From: a virus
Lineage: Duplodnaviria; Caudoviricetes
Direction: 5' to 3' (one strand)
Virus record (IMG/VR): IMGVR_UViG_3300030332_001196
Coordinates: 1-36,381 of that record
Length of the DNA stretch: 36,381 bases
In this document: positions 8,463 to 16,582 of the stretch, one piece after another
Numbering within the stretch: position 1 is the stretch's first letter
Layout: each line of letters starts with the position of its first letter
The notes under the pieces: model-generated
What the model was told of the DNA's origin: nothing
Seen by the model: the letters and a program-made list of their open reading frames with translations, nothing else
Databases searched by the model: none
Position numbers and translations under genes: made by a program

Positions 8463-10326
8463 CGAGATGCAACCTTTTAAAAATTTCCCCTATGTTGCTA
8501 TTGACGTTGAAACATACGGCTTAAAATGGTGGCTACCAGATGAAGGTATTTTCGGCATCGCGATATCATACCCAGATGGTAGTGATCACTATTTTGACAT
8601 TAGAAGACAGCCTAACGGTATCCAATGGTTAAGGGAACAGAAACCTAACCGTATTGTTAATCATAATATCAAGTTCGATTTACATATGTTACATAATTTA
8701 GGTGTAACTTATGACCCTAAAATATGTGAGTGTACCATGGTGCGGGCTAATTTAATAGATGAGCATATAGAAGGGTACAGCCTAGACCGGTTAGCAACAA
8801 AATATTTAGGTGATAACAAAAAAGATGACATATACCCTAAACTTGCAGAACTTTATGGGGGTGCCGCAACTCGTAATGTTCAAATAAAAAATTTACATAG
8901 GGCTAACGCTGAAATGGTAGCTCCGTATGCTAAAAAAGACACTCGGCTAGCCTTGCGCCTTTGGGAATGGCAAGAGGAAGAAATAGAGCGTCAAGGTTTA
9001 CGTTGTATTGTTGATTTTGAACAAAAACTATTCCCGTGTGTGTTTGACATGGAGAGAAAGGGCGTGTGTGTTGATGAAGCTAAAGCGCATTCAGCAGCCG
9101 GAAAACTAACCATAGAGATAGATTTACTCAAAGAAAAACTAAACAGTGAAGCAGGTTTTGAATGTAATCCCAATCCATCGGGAGACATACATAAACTATT
9201 TAAACCAATCAAGAATAGTGATGATATGTGGGAAGCTATAGACGGTACTATCTTAACGAATACACCCACAGGTAAGCCGTGTATCAATACAGAGGCTTTA
9301 CGTAATATGCAACATCCCACAGCGTCTTTAATTGTCAAAATACGTAAAATAACAAGGTGTCGAGATACATTTTTGAAAGGGCATATTTTAGGACACTCCC
9401 ATAATGGACTGTTACATCCTAACATTAATCAAGTGAAAGGCGACCAGGGTGGAACTGGTACCGGTAGACTAAGTTACACACAGCCAGCATTGCAACAAAT
9501 ACCAGCAAGGGATAAAGAAATTGCGAGTATATTAAGACCTTTGTTTTTACCTGATGAAGATTACGTATGGTGTTGTTGGGATTATGATCAGTTTGAATAT
9601 AGGATGTTTTCACACTATGTGAATGAACCTAAAATACTTGACATATATAAAAATGACCCAAAATTTGACTATCATCAGATGGTTGCAGATTTAACTGGGT
9701 TACCCCGAAATGCGCCCGTATCGGGAGGGGCTAACGCTAAACAACTGAATCTATCTATGATCTATGATATGGGTGAGGCGAGTATATGCCGAACTTTGGG
9801 GCTACCTTTAGACCCTGAAATGTACTCATTTGTTGACAGGGAAGGTAAGACAGTAACATATCAAAAGGCAGGTGAGGCGGCTAAAAACATCATAGAAAAG
9901 TACCATAATGCAATACCAGGCGTTAGACAGTTATACGATAGTGTAAAGGCCATTGGTAAATCAAGGGGTTATATCCGTAGCATTGCGGGTCGTCATATGA
10001 GATACCCCCACGGTTACAGGTTAAACAAAGCTAAGGCTATTTTATGCCAGGGTTCTAGTGCGGACTGCATGAAGCAGAAAATGATTGAGATTTTTGATTT
10101 TTTTCAGAGTGAACACCCTGACTGCAGAATGTACTTGTCGGTTCATGATGAAATTAATCTGGGGGTACCCAAAAAACACCCTAAATTAAGGGGAATTATA
10201 CGCACGGTGAAAAATATACTTGAAGACTATTCAAGCGAAAGTTGCCCAATTAAATTACGTGTGCCGATACGCACTGATTTTGGAATGGGGTATAGTTGGG
10301 CGGAAGCATCCGGGAAAGGTGCTTGA
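8452..10326 (+). CDS. polA: Family A DNA polymerase with 3'-5' exonuclease (start may be ATG 8467)
   Basis: ExoI DVET, ExoII NHNIKFD, ExoIII YAKKD; TGRLS; motif A DYDQFEYR; motif B AKQLNLSMIY; motif C VHDE. Confidence 0.95.
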   Translation: MINSEMQPFKNFPYVAIDVETYGLKWWLPDEGIFGIAISYPDGSDHYFDIRRQPNGIQWLREQKPNRIVNHNIKFDLHMLHNLGVTYDPKICECTMVRANLIDEHIEGYSLDRLATKYLGDNKKDDIYPKLAELYGGAATRNVQIKNLHRANAEMVAPYAKKDTRLALRLWEWQEEEIERQGLRCIVDFEQKLFPCVFDMERKGVCVDEAKAHSAAGKLTIEIDLLKEKLNSEAGFECNPNPSGDIHKLFKPIKNSDDMWEAIDGTILTNTPTGKPCINTEALRNMQHPTASLIVKIRKITRCRDTFLKGHILGHSHNGLLHPNINQVKGDQGGTGTGRLSYTQPALQQIPARDKEIASILRPLFLPDEDYVWCCWDYDQFEYRMFSHYVNEPKILDIYKNDPKFDYHQMVADLTGLPRNAPVSGGANAKQLNLSMIYDMGEASICRTLGLPLDPEMYSFVDREGKTVTYQKAGEAAKNIIEKYHNAIPGVRQLYDSVKAIGKSRGYIRSIAGRHMRYPHGYRLNKAKAILCQGSSADCMKQKMIEIFDFFQSEHPDCRMYLSVHDEINLGVPKKHPKLRGIIRTVKNILEDYSSESCPIKLRVPIRTDFGMGYSWAEASGKGA

Positions 10327-10371
10327 CAACTAAAAGGGTAGAGGGTATACTATATAAAAAAAGAGAGGAGA
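10323..10371 (+). promoter_or_regulatory. Repeated promoter+RBS cassette, copy 3
   Basis: TTGACAACTAAAAGGGTAGAGGGTATACT; the TGA is the polA stop codon. Confidence 0.88.
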
Positions 10372-10375
10372 ATAT

Positions 10376-10732
10376 ATGGAAGTAGAAAATAGAAAATGTA
10401 GGTTATGTGGTGAAGTACCCAAGAATGGTTTTAGTGGGTCACGTAAAAAACGTTACGATTGGATATGTACGCCGTGCGCTAATTTAAATCAAAAAAAGTG
10501 GTGGGCAAAATTAAAACTTGCAGGAAAAACAAAAACATCAAATGTTAATCTACTTGATTTACGTGGTAAAATAATTCAAGGTATAGACGCAATATCTATT
10601 ATAGATAAGCCGAGATGTAATATATGTAACAGTGTTATGCACCATAACCGAACCGTTAAAACGCCAAAGGGAACGCCCCTAAAATGGCAATGTTATAAGT
10701 GTAATGAAATAATTAAAGCGGAGGATATATAG
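10376..10732 (+). CDS. Protein with two putative zinc ribbons
   Basis: CRLC...CTPC and CNIC...CYKC. Confidence 0.75.
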   Translation: MEVENRKCRLCGEVPKNGFSGSRKKRYDWICTPCANLNQKKWWAKLKLAGKTKTSNVNLLDLRGKIIQGIDAISIIDKPRCNICNSVMHHNRTVKTPKGTPLKWQCYKCNEIIKAEDI

Positions 10733-10733
10733 T

Positions 10734-10907
10734 ATGCAGTATGTACTACCTGGTCTACTTGTTGTATTTATAGATTTAAAGGTAACTGATAATATCACAT
10801 GGGGGTGGAATATGGTATTGTGGCCGTTATAGGTGCATTTAGTACTATCTGTTATTGTTTTGGTGTGTGTGATATGTGTTAAGCTAAAGGAGGACACTTA
10901 CTTATGA
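10734..10907 (+). pseudogene. Small two-TM membrane protein interrupted by an in-frame TAG (10830-10832)
   Basis: MQYVLPGLLVVFIDLKVTDNITWGWNMVLWPL*VHLVLSVIVLVCVICVKLKEDTYL; the distal stop overlaps the next ATG (ATGA). Confidence 0.6.
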
Positions 10908-11041
10908 AGCCTTTAAACATACAAAACGAAAAAGATAAAGTTAAATGTAATGTCAAGCCGTGTGTTTGCCGTAAAAAATGTGTTTATATAACAACGAAGC
11001 GTAAGTGTAAAAAAGATGCCGAAATTAAAACCAGAGGATGA
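10904..11041 (+). CDS. 45-aa basic Cys-rich hypothetical peptide
   Basis: AAGGAGG SD; MKPLNIQNEKDKVKCNVKPCVCRKKC... Confidence 0.5.
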   Translation: MKPLNIQNEKDKVKCNVKPCVCRKKCVYITTKRKCKKDAEIKTRG

Positions 11042-11453
11042 ATTAAGAAACGATTGGGTTAATATTTTCAATCGCATACCAAATATGCAACATGAGCGAG
11101 TTGAGAATATAGTACGAAACGGGACACCCGATTACGCTTACTGCTTAAACGGCGTTAACGGCTGGATTGAGTATAAAGTACATTACGGTAAGTTGCCTGG
11201 ACGTTGCTCACATTGGACAGGCCCCCAGCGTAAATGGATGCGAGATAGAGACGAAAGTAACACTGTATTTTTAATGCTACGGGTACAGGGTTATGATGTA
11301 CTATTGGATACAACATGTGCGAATATTTTTGAAAAGTGTGGTATTGAAAATCAGGAAGACTCAAATTACCCAGTGAAATATAGATCAGAAGACGTTAAAA
11401 GTCTAAATATTGACTTAGAATGTTTAAAAGAACAGTTACTAGGAATATGTTGA
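11016..11453 (+). CDS. PD-(D/E)xK nuclease, probable Holliday junction resolvase (VRR-NUC-like)
   Basis: RVEN...GTPD...GWIEYK...Q..W motif order. Confidence 0.8.
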   Translation: MPKLKPEDELRNDWVNIFNRIPNMQHERVENIVRNGTPDYAYCLNGVNGWIEYKVHYGKLPGRCSHWTGPQRKWMRDRDESNTVFLMLRVQGYDVLLDTTCANIFEKCGIENQEDSNYPVKYRSEDVKSLNIDLECLKEQLLGIC

Positions 11454-11502
11454 CAACTAAAGGGGAAGGGGGTATATTAGTGTTAACAAATAGAGAGGTG
11501 AG
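11450..11502 (+). promoter_or_regulatory. Repeated promoter+RBS cassette, copy 4
   Basis: TTGACAACTAAAGGGGAAGGGGGTATATT; the TGA is the nuclease stop codon. Confidence 0.88.
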
Positions 11503-11508
11503 TTAAAA

Positions 11509-12261
11509 ATGATATATTATGATGAAAAGAGAAAAAACCCAGTAGAAGAAGGTACGTTTGAATTAGACGAATACGGATACTACAACATTAAAGAAGGTGA
11601 AATCTATTGTTTTGGTGATGTAAAAGTAAGGGCTTATGGTAATTCAAAAGTATGGGCTTCTGTTAATTCGAGAGTATGGGCGAATGACAATTCAAAAGTA
11701 TGGGCGAAGGGCAAGTCAGAAGTAAGGGCTTTTGATAATTCAGAAGTAGTGGCGAATGATAATTCGATAGTATGGGTGAATGGTAAGTCAGAATTAAGTG
11801 CTTTTGGTAATTCAGAAGTAAGTGCTTATGATAATTCAGTAGTAAGGGCTTTTGATAAGTCAGAAGTAAGGGCTTATGATAATTCAGTAGTAAGGGCTTA
11901 TGATAATTCAGAAGTAAGTGCTTTTGATAATTCAGAATTAAGAGATTATAGAGAGGTTAAAAAAGGAATTATATATTATAAGGGACCTGGCCAGAAAGGG
12001 TATACACCAAGTGATACAGCGGTAGAATCAACACCACCTAAAAATCAATATTCTTTAGATGACAATATAAATCAGCCACAACACTACATAGTAGGTGACA
12101 TAGAGACGATTGACATTATTAAATCAAAATTGTCTAAAGACCAATTTAAAGGGTTTTTGAAAGGTAATGTGATAAAATACATTACAAGAGCCGGACACAA
12201 AGATAGCGAGATAGAAGACCTTAAGAAAGCGCGGTGGTATCTAAATAAATTAATTGATTGA
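11509..12261 (+). CDS. Octapeptide-repeat protein fused to a DUF3310 (T7 gp1.7-like) domain
   Basis: 13 VRAYDNSE-type repeats; C-terminal DNINQPQHY...GNVIKYITRAGHK...EDLKKARWYL. Confidence 0.82.
   Translation: MIYYDEKRKNPVEEGTFELDEYGYYNIKEGEIYCFGDVKVRAYGNSKVWASVNSRVWANDNSKVWAKGKSEVRAFDNSEVVANDNSIVWVNGKSELSAFGNSEVSAYDNSVVRAFDKSEVRAYDNSVVRAYDNSEVSAFDNSELRDYREVKKGIIYYKGPGQKGYTPSDTAVESTPPKNQYSLDDNINQPQHYIVGDIETIDIIKSKLSKDQFKGFLKGNVIKYITRAGHKDSEIEDLKKARWYLNKLID
11626..11937 (+). repeat. 24-bp coding tandem repeat, 13 degenerate units
   Basis: Consensus GTAAGGGCTTATGATAATTCAGAA. Confidence 0.93.
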
Positions 12262-12490
12262 GGTTGCAATGCAAAATAAAATATATTCAGAAGATTACAA
12301 GGTTTTATCGGATATAATTAAAAAAGCAAAAGTGTTAAAAGATTTAGACCGTATAGAAAATACCTTAGAGATTATATTATATTATGGGGTGATCACACCC
12401 AACGAGTTTAGAAGATTAGATGCTATGATTGTAATTAGAAAAATAAAAATAGGAGTAAGACAAGATGGCGAAAATAACAGATTTCAGTAG
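12254..12490 (+). CDS. Hypothetical protein (start may be ATG 12269)
   Basis: Tightly packed ORF with GAGG SD. Confidence 0.6.
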   Translation: MIEVAMQNKIYSEDYKVLSDIIKKAKVLKDLDRIENTLEIILYYGVITPNEFRRLDAMIVIRKIKIGVRQDGENNRFQ

Positions 12491-12689
12491 AGATTTAACC
12501 AATTTAGAGAGAGGTAAAAAACAGGTCAATATTGCTCAGACGGCAGAGATACTTAAATGTATTGATATTATGTTTAATAATGGGTTTTTTTATTATCTGA
12601 TTAAGAACGATCTACACACCAACATAATGTTCCAGAAAATAGTTAAGTTAATTGTGAAAATTTGTTTTAAGCGAACTAAGGTGATATAA
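12465..12689 (+). CDS. Hypothetical protein
   Basis: AGGAG SD, overlapping operon packing. Confidence 0.65.
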   Translation: MAKITDFSRDLTNLERGKKQVNIAQTAEILKCIDIMFNNGFFYYLIKNDLHTNIMFQKIVKLIVKICFKRTKVI

Positions 12690-12760
12690 AAAATGGTATG
12701 TAGAGAAAAACACAATGGGAAGAAAAAATATACGAGATAAATAAATGGTTTAATTGGGAT

Positions 12761-13438
12761 ATGTGTATTGTATGTATGAAAGAATTTAGAAGAGAGTTTA
12801 TTTTCCAAACTTATACGAGGCACTTTAATAATGAAATGGGTGGTATTCTTTATAAAAAAATATATTCATTCTGCAAAAAATGTTGTCCAACTAAAAAAGA
12901 TGCGTGGTTGGCGTTTGAAAAGAGTCATGAGAATACACCACTTAAAGGAGGTAGTGGGGTTCCCAGTAAGTTACAATACGATATAAAATACGGTATTAAT
13001 CAAATTAAAATTATATTGTTAGCGCTACTACTAAGTATGCACGTATCTAGCGCTAACATGTCAGGGGAGTTAAGAATCAGTCCGCAATTAAAGTTTGGGA
13101 AAGAGGAGAATGGGAACGGTTTTATGGAGATGCAGTTCATTAAATTTAGACTCGATGTCACTGAAAAATACACATTACAGGGCGGTTTGTCTACTGGATT
13201 CACGTCACCTAGAAATTCTATTATAACTTATAACCATGCTGTAAATCGGGTAGGCTTAAAGTTCACATATCGCCCTTTTGATCGGTTAGGTTTATTCTAT
13301 GAGGGTAACATAGTGCAGCACATATCAGGAGCCACACATCCCGTAACTTACTTAGTGTATAACAGTTACCAAGCTGTAGGTTTTAACTGGGACATTATAA
13401 CTTACACGTTTTCTAAAGCTAGTAAAAACGATAAATAA
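12761..13438 (+). CDS. Hypothetical protein: Cys-rich N-terminus, internal signal-peptide-like segment, beta-rich C-terminus
   Basis: CIVC...CKKCC; KIILLALLLSMHVSSA; alternating hydrophobic strands. Confidence 0.6.
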   Translation: MCIVCMKEFRREFIFQTYTRHFNNEMGGILYKKIYSFCKKCCPTKKDAWLAFEKSHENTPLKGGSGVPSKLQYDIKYGINQIKIILLALLLSMHVSSANMSGELRISPQLKFGKEENGNGFMEMQFIKFRLDVTEKYTLQGGLSTGFTSPRNSIITYNHAVNRVGLKFTYRPFDRLGLFYEGNIVQHISGATHPVTYLVYNSYQAVGFNWDIITYTFSKASKNDK

Positions 13439-13490
13439 GATATATAGTAATTTTGTCAATTAAAATACATTATTACTAACAAGGGGTTAA

Positions 13491-13967
13491 ATGTTATATA
13501 TACATGCTTATTCGGCTAAAGGATTTTTCAAGTTCTTTGCTAAAATTATTAGGCGTAAAACCAACTCGAAATGTGATCATGTGTCCATTGAACCTTTACA
13601 TAAGGTGACAAGGTCAAGTTTAGGTATCTACGAAGCCACATTTAGAGAGGGCGTCACTAAAAAGAGCTACCACACAAGAAATCTACTCTATAGTATTAAA
13701 TTGCCCTTCGATTCAGAATCAAAGGAAGGTATTGAGTTTATCAAGTTTCTTGATAGTCGGGTAGGCTTAAAATACGATTTGCGGGCGGTTTTATTAGGTT
13801 TTTTTGGTGTGAAAATACAAGACCGGGATAGTGATTTTTGTGTTGAGATGGGGCGATATTACATCACACACTACCTGAAACGTAAAACATATATTGATAA
13901 TACTAACTGGTCCCCAAAAACTATAGTAACCTTAGTTAATGGATATGAGTTAGGTCACTATGGCTAA
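13491..13967 (+). CDS. Permuted papain-like (YiiX/YebB-type NlpC/P60) amidase or peptidase
   Basis: His before Cys: SKCDHVSI...GLKYD...DFCVE...SP. Confidence 0.7.
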   Translation: MLYIHAYSAKGFFKFFAKIIRRKTNSKCDHVSIEPLHKVTRSSLGIYEATFREGVTKKSYHTRNLLYSIKLPFDSESKEGIEFIKFLDSRVGLKYDLRAVLLGFFGVKIQDRDSDFCVEMGRYYITHYLKRKTYIDNTNWSPKTIVTLVNGYELGHYG

Positions 13968-14427
13968 CGACATCCGGCCTGTACATGAGTTAAAAACAAC
14001 TGAGGAGGTTGTGGCATGGATGGGTACAGTTATGACTACGTTGTTGATCCCAGCGGCAAAGACTGTTACTGAAGAATTACAGCCAGCCGCCAGAATAGCT
14101 AAATATAATTGGTCAAAAATGCCCCTGGACAGAATAAACGGGGTTATTGACACGGTAGATAGATTAGTCATTGAGGTAGAGAAAGGTCGAGTAAATAACG
14201 AAAAAATAAAAGACGAGTTAGTGTTACGGATACAAACGGTAGAAGTTAATAGCCGGAATAACACTATTTTCCAAGTAGGTAAAAAAAGGTTTAGTAGTGT
14301 AAAGTTAAGCCTTATATCGTTATGTGTATCTTTATTGTGTATTCTATGTCAGATGCTTAATGTCAACCTAAAATATTTACTTATAATGTTGTATGGTATA
14401 TTGCGAGTCCGCATCAATTTAAATTAA
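13960..14427 (+). CDS. Hypothetical membrane protein with C-terminal TM segment(s)
   Basis: Helical body followed by hydrophobic LSLISLCVSLLCILC. Confidence 0.65.
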   Translation: MANDIRPVHELKTTEEVVAWMGTVMTTLLIPAAKTVTEELQPAARIAKYNWSKMPLDRINGVIDTVDRLVIEVEKGRVNNEKIKDELVLRIQTVEVNSRNNTIFQVGKKRFSSVKLSLISLCVSLLCILCQMLNVNLKYLLIMLYGILRVRINLN

Positions 14428-14430
14428 GTG

Positions 14431-14484
14431 TTGACAACTAAAGGGGGAAGGGGTATAATATTATTATCTTATAGAGAGGAGAGA
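14431..14484 (+). promoter_or_regulatory. Repeated promoter+RBS cassette, copy 5
   Basis: TTGACAACTAAAGGGGGAAGGGGTATAAT, 3 bp after a TAA. Confidence 0.92.
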
Positions 14485-14487
14485 TAT

Positions 14488-14727
14488 ATGCATAAAGAAA
14501 AAATAATAAGCATGACAAAGGGTTTCAGCCGAGAACAAAATTTTAAATTGGCAATATATAGCGCTGCTTCTTTTGATGCTGCTGCTGATGCTGCTGCTGA
14601 TGCTGCTGCTGATGCTGCTGCTGCTGCTGATGCTGCTATTGCTTCTTCTTTTGCTGCTGATGCTACTGTTGATGAAATAACTCAAAAGATCATTGATTAC
14701 GCCAATAAACTATCGGAGGAGAAATGA
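14488..14727 (+). CDS. Ala-rich protein, internally deleted paralog of 26406-26930
   Basis: Real start is ATG 14488 behind the cassette SD; shares LAIYSA and EITQKII.YA..LSEE with the paralog; GCT/GAT microsatellite. Confidence 0.75.
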   Translation: MHKEKIISMTKGFSREQNFKLAIYSAASFDAAADAAADAAADAAAAADAAIASSFAADATVDEITQKIIDYANKLSEEK

Positions 14728-14930
14728 TATTAAATAAAATATATGTAGTCATGATGCTAATCCAAAATATAACAGTAAGTATCAACACTAACCTATACGA
14801 TTCTGAACTGGTTTGGGAGGATGGGATGTTAGGTGTAACGCCCATTTTTAAGAGCAGAGAAGCCGCAGCGAAAGCATACCCAGGCTACGAAGTTGCTGAG
14901 TGGGGGTATGGAGGGGTAAATGATGGGTAG
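14724..14930 (+). CDS. Hypothetical protein
   Basis: ATGA overlap with upstream stop, GGAGGAG SD. Confidence 0.7.
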   Translation: MILNKIYVVMMLIQNITVSINTNLYDSELVWEDGMLGVTPIFKSREAAAKAYPGYEVAEWGYGGVNDG

Positions 14931-15228
14931 TATAATGAATATATGGAGATGTTTAAGTGTTGTTAAAGCACCGGATATGAAGATTTTAGAGATAGTAGCC
15001 TACAAAAACAATAAAAGACACAATGCGGTAGGTTTCTATGTGCCTTTAGACCCTGTAACCTACGTTAAAGATTGCCACGTATCTTGGAATATTTTAGGTG
15101 ATCGACGTGTTTTTTACCCGGAAGGTAATTCAACTGAAATAGTTAAGCACGGCTGGTATGTCCTAGACAAGTACAACAACATAACACGTTGTACTTTTAC
15201 TGTAGACGGCTGGAGGGATTTAAAATGA
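14920..15228 (+). CDS. Hypothetical protein
   Basis: GGAGG SD, overlapping operon packing. Confidence 0.65.
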   Translation: MMGSIMNIWRCLSVVKAPDMKILEIVAYKNNKRHNAVGFYVPLDPVTYVKDCHVSWNILGDRRVFYPEGNSTEIVKHGWYVLDKYNNITRCTFTVDGWRDLK

Positions 15229-15329
15229 AAATGCTAGACTTATTTAGTGGTATCGGGGGCTTTTCTTTAGCTGCGAATTGGGCAGGGATAGACACGGTTG
15301 CATTTTGTGAAAAAGAACCTTATTTCTGA
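15225..15329 (+). pseudogene. 5' remnant of a C5 cytosine DNA methyltransferase
   Basis: MKMLDLFSGIGGFSLAANWAGIDTVAFCEKEPYF* carries motifs I (FxGxGG) and II only; GGAGG SD and ATGA coupling retained. Confidence 0.85.
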
Positions 15330-15494
15330 CAAAAAAAATCTCAGTCGATTATCCAAGGAAATGGGATTAAGTAGATGCAAGATTTTAAATTTAAAGGGGG
15401 AGTTTTGAAAATGAAGAGAAAAAAATAGACAAGAATAAAGATTTAGATAGAAATATTGAAGATTTAAGGGAACCATAGCTGAGAGGGTCTAAAA

Positions 15495-15713
15495 ATGCAG
15501 AATAAGAGACAGATGACAATTGAGACAATAGTTACCCTTATACATGACAATATTACCAATTTATTTATCATATGGATAGCTAACAGTGTGTTTAATGTCA
15601 AATTAAGCGCTTCGTTAAAGTTGTGGGTACTTGCTCAGAGTATTAATACCATTTTTTCTTTTTCAAGAAGATGGTTTTTTAATCGCTATATGGACAGTAT
15701 TTCAACAGAATAG
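15495..15713 (+). CDS. Small two-TM membrane protein
   Basis: Two hydrophobic helices, ending SFSRRWFFN. Confidence 0.65.
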   Translation: MQNKRQMTIETIVTLIHDNITNLFIIWIANSVFNVKLSASLKLWVLAQSINTIFSFSRRWFFNRYMDSISTE

Positions 15714-16119
15714 CGATATACCCAAATTTACTGTTATATTTGAAAATTGACGGGAAATCGTGTTTTTTAAGGTACTTTTAGCAAAAGTAACATTTTGATT
15801 TTAAAACTTTTTAGTGTGGAAAATTGACCGTAATTAAGGTACATATTGTGTGTTACCTTAAAAGTAACATTGTGGTTTTCAGGGGTGTTTTTTGGTGCAA
15901 AATAGGCTTTTTTGAGGTTTTTACCCGTTTTAGGATGTGTAATAGGCTTTTTTAGGGTGTTTTTAAGAGGTGTCGGCGAGCGTGCGAAAATGTTACTTAT
16001 GGAGCAAAACACGCAAAAACCCTTAAAAACACGTTTTTTTAGGTGAAGTAACGGTAACAAATTATGAAATATGTATCATATTAAGGTACTATTTACACTC
16101 AAAACAGTAAGTTCAAGAA

Positions 16120-16161
16120 ATGTTACTTTTGCGTTACTTTTACTAAGACTAAAAGTAACAT
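16120..16161 (+). repeat. 42-bp tripartite element, copy 4
   Basis: ATGTTACTTTTGCGTTACTTTTACTAAGACTAAAAGTAACAT. Confidence 0.9.
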
Positions 16162-16393
16162 TTTAAAATCTCTATTTAAGTGGAGCTATATATTATATAC
16201 TATAACTACCGTATATATACTACTCCATAATACAAAAACTGATACCCCCTGCCCCTTGCTATTTTTGATTGAAAAGTTACTTATGTACTGGACAGTGGGG
16301 AAGAGGGGGGCGCCGAAATTGGTCGAAACTGGAAGGTGTAATTTACGTTTATTTTTTGAGTGTAAAAAGGTTTGATTTTGAGTGTAAATTAAA

Positions 16394-16435
16394 ATGTTAC
16401 TTTTACTTTGAGCAAAAGTAACATGAAAGTAACAT
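16394..16435 (-). repeat. 42-bp tripartite element, copy 5 (inverted)
   Basis: Reverse complement reads ATGTTACTTTCATGTTACTTTTGCTCAAAGTAAAAGTAACAT. Confidence 0.9.
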
Positions 16436-16582
16436 CTTTATGTTTTAATTGTAATTGGTACAACTAGCCGAACACATAATTTAAAGTATTATAAACATAC
16501 TGTCAATGGATTATAATTTCCCGAAAACTTAAATGGACTTAAAAAACAAGATTGTGATATAGTGTAGGGAAGGTCTAAAATA

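Larger units (their letters stand above)
15714..16582. other. Large non-coding region: second origin-like locus and/or packaging (pac) region
   Basis: Phased T/A tracts, two copies of the 42-bp element, homology to 1107-1306; lies at the early/late boundary upstream of lysis and terminase genes. Confidence 0.55.

Noticed and set aside
10830-10832. Genome-wide TAG recoding
   Set aside because: TAG ends several core genes at expected positions (8100, 24893, 26345, 28901, 34086) and long genes are intact in code 11
11626-11937. 24-bp array, and the 18-bp array at 32223, as CRISPR arrays
   Set aside because: Contiguous in-frame coding repeats with no unique spacers; no cas genes
14428-14487. 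ORF-track start at 14428 (similarly 4770, 48 and 28844)
   Set aside because: These extensions run through promoter or repeat DNA, or are internal codons; better starts are 14488 and 4791, the 34071 wrap-around, and the frameshift
15851-15869. TGTTACCTTAAAAGTAACA as a GlnR/TnrA box
   Set aside because: Spacing is N9 rather than N7, and it is better explained as a partial copy of the phage GTTAC element
15714-16582. tRNA or structured ncRNA in the long intergenic regions
   Set aside because: No cloverleaf or T-loop signature seen; a covariance-model search was not possible, so this is unsupported rather than excluded
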